A DNA stretch of 64,000 nt, taken from NCBI GenBank assembly GCA_963806185.1, contig CAWDXE010000001.1:672001-736000 (forward strand), in the 5' to 3' direction. Source of the stretch: an uncultured candidate division Zixibacteria bacterium. Its GTDB lineage: Bacteria; Zixibacteria; MSB-5A5; GN15; FEB-12. The notes beneath the pieces were generated by a model. The model searched no databases, was not told the origin of the DNA, and was given only the letters and a program-made list of their open reading frames with translations. Position numbers and translations under genes: made by a program. Each line of letters begins with the position of its first letter. Positions within the stretch are counted from its first letter, which is position 1. Below, in pieces: positions 38,714 to 48,300 of the stretch.

Positions 38714-40301
38714 ACTGTCTTTCTTTCGGTGTATCTGTCGGTTGATTAGTGAGCCGTCGGGCCCATTTCAGTGAGACTAGGGTAATATCGTCGGCTTGTG
38801 GCGATGCACCCACAAATGACTCGATATCATCCATGATCGCTCGTGTGAAATCGGCCGCGGGCAGGGCCGCACTTCTGTTTGCGATCGATAAGAAGCGATC
38901 CATGCCGTATTCGGCATTGCTTGCGTTCATCGCCTCGTTGATTCCATCAGTGTAAAGGACGCACCAATCGTCATCTGCTAATTGAATCTGACCCGACTCG
39001 ATACGCCGGTCAAATTGATCGGCACTCATCAGTCCGAGCGGGTATCCCTTCGTCTTAATCAGTCTTTGCTCCTGCGTCGCCGACACGACGTGAATGAGTG
39101 GATTATGTCCGGCCGATGCGAATCTGAGTAATCCCGTGGTAGTGTCGAGTATACCGCAGAACATTGTCACAAACGTGCCCTTGCGCACTTCGGGTAACAG
39201 ATCCTTGTTGACGGCCGAAAGCAATTCGGCCGGTCCGACGCTTCGACGGGCATGCTTCAGGACCAGATCGCGAGTCAATAGCATAACCAGCATGCCGGGA
39301 AGAGATTTTCCGGACACGTCGCCGATGATGACGGCGAGTTTATCAGCTCCCAGCTCGATAAAATCAAAGTAATCACCCCCAACTGTCCGGGCGCTTCGAT
39401 AGGTTCCGGCAAATTGGTATCCGTCGCCCTCGGGATAGCTCTTGGGCAGGATATTCGATTGAATTTCACGAGCAATGTCAAGTTCGCGGCTCATGCGATC
39501 CGCTTCCACAGCCAGTTGTTTGGCATGCTCAAGCCTGGTCCCCATCACTCGAAGCGTGTCGGCCAGGAATCCGAATTCGTTCTTGTCGCGTACGGGCGGG
39601 TCCAGAGTCAGAGAACCCGTCTCGACGTTGCGTAGCGAATCGGTGATCAGGCTCAACGGCCTGAGCCGACGTCGGAGGACGACGGCGGTCAGAGCGACAC
39701 CTATGGCGGCCATGACCAGAGTAAACACCGACATGGTGACCAGGGCGGACCGTCGAACGGCAGCGATCTGACGTTTTGAGGAACTGGTGACAAGGGTTCC
39801 CAGAATCAGACCCTGTTCGATAATCGGCACGGCGACGATGATGGAGTCTGCGTTCACCTGGAGAATCTCGCCCTTGCGGAGCGTTCCGTCGTATCCGCTT
39901 GAGGGTATCAGGTGGAAACTTGTCCCGCTGATAACCTGCCGCATATCGGTATGCGCCAGAAACCTGCCATCACCGCCGGCGATCGCGGCCCAGCCGCAAG
40001 GCGGACTCTCAGCTTTTAACTTGCTGCAGATATCGGTTAGCATGAGGACATCGGGGCCGTCTGCGGCAATCACTTGCTTTGCGGCCGCACCCGCTGATGA
40101 CCGCGCCTGGACGAGCAACGTTTCCACGACATTCTGAGTGACGGTCGTCACCAGCTTGTTAGTTATAATGATTCCTGTCACGAGCATGAGGATGACAACC
40201 AGACCGCCGACATAGATTGCGAACTCACGCCGGATCGAACGCCGGTATTTCGACGCCGATGGCCAGGGGAGCATTGGATCTTTCGGGGCCTCACTCGTCA
40301 T
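38697..40301 (-). CDS. Membrane-bound SpoIIE/RsbU-type PP2C phosphatase with an extracytoplasmic domain and HAMP
   Basis: Two TM helices flank a ~140-aa domain; HAMP; ELDIAREIQ, GGDYFD, GDVSGK, SAGHNP, YTDG, DDIT. Confidence 0.93.
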   Translation of the reverse strand: MTSEAPKDPMLPWPSASKYRRSIRREFAIYVGGLVVILMLVTGIIITNKLVTTVTQNVVETLLVQARSSAGAAAKQVIAADGPDVLMLTDICSKLKAESPPCGWAAIAGGDGRFLAHTDMRQVISGTSFHLIPSSGYDGTLRKGEILQVNADSIIVAVPIIEQGLILGTLVTSSSKRQIAAVRRSALVTMSVFTLVMAAIGVALTAVVLRRRLRPLSLITDSLRNVETGSLTLDPPVRDKNEFGFLADTLRVMGTRLEHAKQLAVEADRMSRELDIAREIQSNILPKSYPEGDGYQFAGTYRSARTVGGDYFDFIELGADKLAVIIGDVSGKSLPGMLVMLLTRDLVLKHARRSVGPAELLSAVNKDLLPEVRKGTFVTMFCGILDTTTGLLRFASAGHNPLIHVVSATQEQRLIKTKGYPLGLMSADQFDRRIESGQIQLADDDWCVLYTDGINEAMNASNAEYGMDRFLSIANRSAALPAADFTRAIMDDIESFVGASPQADDITLVSLKWARRLTNQPTDTPKERQYVAAR

Positions 40302-42303
40302 ACGACAGCTCCTTCAGTTTTTCAATCTCGTTACGCGTGCGACGGGCATAGGCCGCGATCTCAGAGTTGTTCGGCGCAACTTTGAGCGCCTTTTCCCATA
40401 TCGTCAGTGCCTCGCGCAGACGATTCTGCCCGTATAGGTCCACACCCACAAAGCGATATGCCTTTAAGAGGTACTCCCGCACCGATTGATAGCCGGGGGC
40501 GAGTCGTTCCACTTCTTCCCATGCCTCAATAGCCTGCGACAGGTCGCCCCGGTTGAAGGCGGTTTGGGCTTGATCATATGAATGTTGTACCTGCTTGAGA
40601 ACGTCGCGGCTCAGAGCGACCGCCTTAACGGTCGGCATCTTCAACCCCGATTGCAGGTTCTGGATTTCGTTTCGACAGGTCTTCTGGAGTTCGAGGCATC
40701 GTGCCTGGCCGGGGAACCGAACCAGCGCCGAGTCAAGCAGGTCTATGGAACGCTGATACTCCCTATTGACCATTTCCTTTTCCGCGGTCGCTTTGAAGCA
40801 CTCGAATTCCGCCTTCTTGAGCGCAACCTGAGCAAGCGCATTGTCGGGTGCCATGTTGTGCAGGGACTGAGCGGCTGTCAACGCCTGTATGGGGGCTCCG
40901 TAACTTATGAGGGAGTCGATCAACCAGACTCGCCGCTGAACAAATTCCTGCTGTCGAGCAACTTCGGCGCTCGCTTCAGCAGCTTGATGCGACATGTCCA
41001 TCGCCTCGGTCGAGGTCGAATCCACAGAAAGGGCCAGGCCGGCGAAATACCGGCATCCTGAGAAGTCGAGCGCCGCCAGATGGGCCCGCGCTGAGTCAAG
41101 ATGCGCGGCCAGCTCAATTCGTCGACTCGTTTGAAGAATCTGGGTGCGTACTCGTGCCGCCAGCATTGCGTACTCAGTAGTATCGATACCACTGTTGCGT
41201 GCAAGGAACAGGGCACGATCGAAGCTCGCGTCGGCGGCGGCCAGATCACCGGCGGAAAGGGCTCGTTTGCCCGATTCCAGAAGCTCGTTAGCCCGCTCCC
41301 CGTTCTTCTGGGTCAATCGTTCGCTCATGAGCCGATTGAAGGCAGCCTCTCGGCGCTCGGCACGAATGGAACGTCTTTCACTCACCGACTTGCCGATGCT
41401 CGTGGTCAGGGAAATCATGTGCAGTGCACCCAGCTCCCGATCCACCATAGCATAGTCAAAACTAATGCCGTTATACGAAATGCCGGCCCCACCGGAGAAC
41501 TTGTCTTCCTGAATACTGCCGCGGAGTTGCAGAATGTCGAAGAGTGAGAGTTCCAGTCCAAGAGATCCGCTGCCGGGAGTATTATCCCGTTTCGTGAGAC
41601 CACCGCTTATTTCCAGCGTTTGCCGATGATCCGGACTCATCAGCAACATACCGCTGAGCCCGGCTTGAAATTCAAACGGCGATTTGATCGACTCGTCGAC
41701 TAGGCGCATCGACGGCGCGATGATATTTCTTCCCACCAAAGTGAGACATATATCGTCGCACCAGCCGTACGGCGAGGGTATCTTTCTGGTGGCCGCTATG
41801 TCAAGGCCCGGCGTCGAGGTTGCTTTGTAGGTATCAAGCGAATGTGTTTCGATCGAGAACGTTGCACCCAGATCGAAAGAGCCGACCGACCGACCGTACG
41901 CCAACCGCAGTCCGAGGCGGCTGTCGGAGATTGAATCCAGCAGGAGATTCGATGCGTCGCGCTTCTCGATACCGTCGATGCCCAGTCGAGTGATCCCTAT
42001 GCCCAGCGATCCCCAATCCAGTGTGGGAAGAACAAGGCCGAGATACTGGTAAGTCACGTCAGAATCAAACAAGCGCGAGTGGAAACCCATAACCGTGTAC
42101 TTCTCTGCCCGGGCCAGACGGGCCGGATTCCAGAAGGGTGCGGTGGCATAGTCGCAAACCGCTACATCGGCGCCTCCGAGGGCCAAATCGCGCGCGCCGA
42201 CCCCAAACCCAAACGGCGACGCGGCGCCGCCGGTCTGCGCCAGAGTTCCGGTGCCGGCAAACAACAGCAAAAGCAAGCTGGCGAAAGTAAGAGACGTCTT
42301 CAT
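40291..42303 (-). CDS. PorV/FadL-like outer-membrane beta-barrel fused to a C-terminal helical TPR region
   Basis: Signal peptide; GVGARDLALGGA...WNPARLA (PorV-family N-motif); amphipathic strands to about aa 305, then TPR-like helices (AIEAWEEVERLAP, ALTIWEKALKVAPNN). Confidence 0.8.
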   Translation of the reverse strand: MKTSLTFASLLLLLFAGTGTLAQTGGAASPFGFGVGARDLALGGADVAVCDYATAPFWNPARLARAEKYTVMGFHSRLFDSDVTYQYLGLVLPTLDWGSLGIGITRLGIDGIEKRDASNLLLDSISDSRLGLRLAYGRSVGSFDLGATFSIETHSLDTYKATSTPGLDIAATRKIPSPYGWCDDICLTLVGRNIIAPSMRLVDESIKSPFEFQAGLSGMLLMSPDHRQTLEISGGLTKRDNTPGSGSLGLELSLFDILQLRGSIQEDKFSGGAGISYNGISFDYAMVDRELGALHMISLTTSIGKSVSERRSIRAERREAAFNRLMSERLTQKNGERANELLESGKRALSAGDLAAADASFDRALFLARNSGIDTTEYAMLAARVRTQILQTSRRIELAAHLDSARAHLAALDFSGCRYFAGLALSVDSTSTEAMDMSHQAAEASAEVARQQEFVQRRVWLIDSLISYGAPIQALTAAQSLHNMAPDNALAQVALKKAEFECFKATAEKEMVNREYQRSIDLLDSALVRFPGQARCLELQKTCRNEIQNLQSGLKMPTVKAVALSRDVLKQVQHSYDQAQTAFNRGDLSQAIEAWEEVERLAPGYQSVREYLLKAYRFVGVDLYGQNRLREALTIWEKALKVAPNNSEIAAYARRTRNEIEKLKELSYDE

Positions 42304-45300
42304 CGCACCACCGCAACCTTTCGCCTGAATGTCTCGGTCCGTCCCGAATCATAGGTCGCGATTATGCGACAGAAATAGACTCCGGGCACGACGGTTCGGC
42401 CGTCGCCGTTCATCCCGTTCCAGGTGTCACTCTGATAGGCACCAGCCGGGCGAAATGACTGATTGGAAATCCGAGAGACGGCGTCTCCGGTGATGGAGAA
42501 TATGTCTATGTCTACCATGGCATTCTCAGTCAGGACAAAGCCGATGGTTGTAACTTCCCCCCGCCCCGGGTTGAACGGATTGGGATAGTTCGTGAAGGAT
42601 GTCTCGAGTTCCGCCGCCACAATTGATATCTCACCGGCCGCAACGGGATACGTCGTGCCTGAGAGAACTGGATATACCGGCGTCTGCAGGCTCTTATCCA
42701 CAACGGTGATGAAGGACGAATCAAGAAAAGTAAGCACGATATTTCCGGGTTCGGCATCACCGGACAGATCGCAGGTCACGCGGATTGGCACACTCTCCCC
42801 GCGACTCATCGTTACGGGCGTCGACGCGATAATGGCAAGTGTATCGCCGGTCATCATGGTATCAGTGCCAATCTCTGCGCCGCCAATTTCCATGTGGAAT
42901 GCCGCCACAGACGCACTGATCGGACCGGCCGCGGAACCAGTTGAGACTCTGCGGCTCAGCGCAGCGGTCATTCCGCGAATTTCAATCTGCCCCAACGGAG
43001 AAGAAGATTGATACGCCAGTGTGCCCTCGAAAATGGTGACTTTGTGAGTTCCAGCGGGAGCCATTTGCACGGGTCTCACGGTTCGGACGGCAATTGGCCG
43101 ACCGGCCGGGAGTAATATAGACGTCGTGCCGGTCGTAAAGGGGAAGGTGGCAACACAACCGGCCGCCGCATTTGCCCCGACCGTTCGGCTCGGATCGCTC
43201 ATGTCATTGATGCTGAAGTCGGTCAGCCCGACTATGTGAAGGGCAAATGATCCGTAGGGCGCCTCGAGCCGGAAATCGCCCACCAGATCTATCTGAAGAC
43301 TATCGCCGGCCGACAGCACCAAACCGGAATCCGCCAACGTCAGGTCCATCGCCCCTCCCGGTGCCGGCACGATTTCACAGTCTCGAATTGCGCCACCATT
43401 GACGCTGACGCCCATTTTGTCGAATAATTGATCCGGATCGATTCCGCCGCCGCTGCCGTCCTCAATCTTCAGGTTCAGCCGGCTCAGTCGCACAGCCGAA
43501 TGTTGAGGCAAGGTGGGATACGTCACGCCAAGGGAGACCAGCGGCACCGCTCCGGCGCCACCGGCGATTGATGACGGCGCGATATCATCGAGGCAGATTG
43601 AGACCGGCTCGGCGGGCAACCGGAACGCTGACCAGTTTGATACGATCGGGAAGACATTGCCGCTCGCCAACGTAGTATCTGAGACAGCCAGCAGGGCCGA
43701 ACCGGTGTTCAAGTCCCGCACGGTAAACAGACTGCTATCGGCAATCCGGAGTTGGAATCCGGCCGCCGGAACTGATGGTCTGACGGAAACTGCAACTACG
43801 ATGGAATCGATCTCCTGTGCCGATAGATTCACGGGAGTGGATAATGGTATATCAATGTTTGACGAATCCTGAAACGCGAGTGTCACTTCACCGATGAGGT
43901 AGTTGTGTCGCCAGACAGTCAGCTTGCTGAAGAGATCTCCGGCCGGCAATCCGTTCCCGATTGAGTCAGTGACTTCCAGTGATACTTCAGTCAACTGCAC
44001 CGCGGAGCTTCCCGATTCGCCCCCATGTCTCACCAGCAATTTGAGAATGTTTGCGTCCTGCTGGCCGTTGTTGATTGTCGGCAAGGTGCAGGAAGCGGCT
44101 GAAACGGCAATCTGTTGAGACGGTTCGTCGATTCGCGTGGATGCGGTCCGCATGGGATACGTGACAGATTGTGCATTTGGAACCGTTTGTCCGGTGTTGG
44201 CATCAAGCAGCGGTATCCATGACGCACTGTCTACTGATATGCTGAAGTCAGGCGCGACAGTACTGGGGACAATATCGACGATCAAGAGGAGTGTTTGTAC
44301 GCCGCTCGGCCCAATTGACACCGGATGACTGAAGGCAAGCTGCACTGCTGATTCAGTTGGAACCGTCGTGAGCACCGAGAGAATTTCATATCCGGCCGCT
44401 ATCATCATCCGGCTGAAAACTGAGTTGGCTGGAACTGCGGCTCCCTGCCCATCGGCCACACGGAAACGCAGGTATTGAATCTCCATGGCCGCTACGGCCG
44501 TACTGGTGTCCGGATGGGCACATTCCAGGGTCATGGGAAAGATATAGCTCTGGCCCTTTGTTACCGCGGTGGGACTGGTATTGAGCAACCGCGGCGTGAC
44601 GGGAGATATCGCGCGTTGAATGCACGACGGAAGTGTTTGAATCAGGATTGAGGAGTCCACGGGTGCTCTTGAAACCGCCTGGAATGACCAGGATTCACGG
44701 CCTTCGCCGGTAGCTGTGAAATAGAAATGGCGGGTGATCGATTCGCCTGACGCCAGATTCACCGGGCCGTTCGAACTGCTATCCAGCCGCACGAGCGACG
44801 GATTCTCTATCTCCACCAGACTGGCGAACACGGAGTCAATCGGGCTGCCCGTGAGATTGGTGACGGTAAGGGGGACCTCGATCGATTGGCCCACAGAGTA
44901 CGTCTCCCGCATCGGTCCCAGCGAAACTTTCAATCCCGAAGTCGACACCGTGAACGTACCCGGCGCCAAGATTGACGAATCGATCGGACCGTCGTTGTCC
45001 GATTCAAAGTCACAGCCTGCTTGCGGAATCTCCAGCCGGATGGTGGCATTCGGCTCCGCCGAGATCGCAATGTCTCCTGCAATGAATAGTTGGGGCGGGG
45101 TTGACGAAACAAACAAGCCCAGGTCACTCAAGGACCACGTCCCCGCACCATAGGCGAATGAGCCCAGCATCGAATCACCCGCATCGAGCTGGTGATTGGT
45201 ATTGACGTCGTGCCACAGGGAAAGCTCCGCAATGGTCGTATTGTTGGCCGTCCCGAGATTGCTCACATATATATTGTGGAGCCAATCCGGCCGATCACCG

Positions 45301-48300
45301 TTGAAGGCCGGAGAGAACGACAATAGAACAACATTGGTATCACCCGGAGCCAGCGAGCGGCCGGTGGGGCCATAGATCGCGTACTGACGCCGAATAGAAC
45401 CATCGACGACAAGCTCTCCCCGGCTGGAAAGTGGTAAGTCACCATTGAGATTGACAATCTCGGAAAACGAGAAATTAGTAGCCTTCGCAATAGTGGTTGA
45501 CAGCGTATCGCCATCAATCGGATCGAGCGGCAGATCGGAGATGACAAAGAAATACGCCAACGACTCAGGCGGGAGCGTGGCGGTGAACCCCTCAAACCGC
45601 AATGTCCCGTTGGAAAACAGTCCCGTCCCGATAAGCTGATCGTTGTCCAGAATCCGGTTCCGGTTGGTGTCCCAGAATAATGACACTTGACCCAATTCGT
45701 GATCGGCAAAATCCGTCGACCCAGCCGAGCGAGTGCTGTTGGTGAGCGTCAATTGAGTCAGCGTCTTCGGCTGACTGACATACCCGTTGTACAGGGCAAA
45801 CGTCAAGAGCCCCAGATCGGCCGAACCGGGATATACCGGCGCCGACGGAGTGGGAATCGATATTGCGGTCACCCGGTTTGACGGGAAAATGAGAAATGAT
45901 GACGTATTGGCGACCGCGACATCATCCGGTCCCGTCGTCCCGGCGGTGGTCGTCACACCCAGCGGCGGAAGGTCAAGACGCAATGTCCCGCCTTCGAATT
46001 GCTCTGCCGAGACAGATGTCGTGACGACAAATCGATTTAGCGGCGAATCCAGGGCAGTGCTGATGCCGCTGAGTCTCCATTCCTCCCCGATCAACCCGAA
46101 TTGCCCGACCGCTGCATCATCGGTGCTGAATCCGTTTCCAGTGCGATCTTTCCAGAGCCGTACGTTTTCCAGCACATCATGTTCAGACAGGGTGCCCGAA
46201 TTCACAACCTTTATGGACGTCAGCCTGTCGGCCGCGTAACCGTTGCGGGGAATTTCGAAATCCAGAACCGGTTGATCGACCTGCCCCGCGTAAAGATTGC
46301 CGGATGGGAGCGAATGTACGACCACCGCTGCCGCCGGGAAAGCGTCGATCGAGAATGTCGATGGATTCGTCAGCGGAAAACTACCGGTCAACCTGACCGC
46401 CTGATCAAATACTATTGCCGACGAGTCCGCCAGCGAGAAACCGATCGAGTTGCCATTCTTACACTTGAGTAGACTAAGCTTTGCCGCCACCACGACAGTG
46501 CAGCTTCCGCCACTTCCTGCTACCGCGAGCCCTCCTACATGAAAGTCGGCGTAACCGCTTTGCACGCGGCCGAGGGTAACCAACGAGTCAGCGGCGGATA
46601 TCGATCCCGGTACGCCGTCACGGTCGAGATACAAGTAGACCGAGTCGACTTGCGATGCCAGTTGTGCCGCGCTCGCGCCCTGCGGGTCGGTGCCCAGAAA
46701 CGCAAAGCGACACGAATCTATGGCGACTGACTGCGTGTATCCATTGGTCATTTGTATTGCGAAAAGCGGCCCGGTCGACTGGCCGGGAATGCAGGGATGG
46801 GCAGACACGGCCACCCTCGACGCAATGATTGCCTGCGGCCCCTCAATAGTGAGTGTGTCCGGAGAAGGTACCTCCTGATCGATCGGCCCATCGTTGCCCG
46901 AGCTGACGCGAATACCATCTATCGGAACCGCCAGTGCCACGGTCGCGCCGTCATTCGGATACCGATTCAACCTGGCGGCGACAAAAAGCCTCGACGCTGG
47001 GTCGTCCAAGGTGAGCGCCAGGCCGCCTCGCGACCAGCTTTCACCGTTGAATACCATGCTGCCAAGTGAAGATTCTGCGGACGAGCCACCCCAGAGACCA
47101 TCGCCGTCGTCCGCAAAGATCACGAGCGAATCGAAATCGGTTTCAGAAGAAGTTCCAGCGTTGACAAGGGTGATGGCCCTGAGCGTATCAGCGTCGTAGC
47201 CGTTGCGCGGCAAATCCAAAGTCAGACAGAGCTGGAGACTGTCGGCTACGGTCAGCGTACTGAAACCCGTCGAGACGGCCGTGACTTGTGATGCCACCAA
47301 ACCGTTCACCTCGGTTAAGCCCAACGAATTTGACAGCGGCGGCCCCGCGACGATCGTCAGATCGGCGGTCTCGATATCCGCTCCGGGAATCAGGGCAACA
47401 TCGACAGTATCACCATCCCTCGCCATCATTGCGGATACAGCCGTGATAATGAATGTAAGGCCGCTGTCCGCCGGTATTTCGATAGGTTGAACGGCAAACG
47501 CCATCTCACCCGACCCGTATGCGGTCTCGGCCAACAGGCTATCGGCAACGGAGAGCAATGAATCATCGTCGCGGTCGACATACAGCCGCGCCGCCACCAT
47601 GTTGGCCGCCAGTTGCTCAGCTGTCCCCGTTCCCGTCGACAGATCCCGGACTGCCATCGCCGTCACGGTCTTCGAAGCGCTGAAGTAATTGTCGATTCGG
47701 AACTCTGCGACCGGCGCCTCAGCACCGTCAGGATGAATCGTGCCGTTACCAAGCGGGATCGTTGAAAAATACAGTTCCTCCACGCGAAGGTCTGCAGTGG
47801 TATCGACTATGCCGGCTATCTGGTTGCTCACACTCACCGCGCCGAGCCCGGGAGCAGTGGCAATGTATGTTCCGGATGCGTCGATTCTCCCAACTCGCCC
47901 GAGCGACCGCCAGGACACGACTCCCGGATCAGTCGCGTTGCCGAGACTATCAAGTCCAATGGCCGTGAATTTGATCGTGTCGCCAATGCCTGCCCGAACT
48001 GAGTCCGGCTCCACTCTGATACTCACCAGCGGTCCGGGTATGACAGTGATAGTGCCGCTCGTGTCGACCAATCCGCCCGCTTCGACGACAACATGGCCGG
48101 TGCCGGTTGTTTGGGCGGTGAATAGTCCATCTGCGGCGATTGTACCGAGACCGCCCAACATGTCCCAGGCAGTGACAGGCTGGGGAACCGTGATATTGTG
48201 ATCTGCGTCTCGCGAAACCATTTCAAAGCGGAGTGAATCGCCTGCTTGCAGCGTTCCCGTATCCGGAATAATCTCCAGCGAAACCGGCTCGCCGCTCGAT

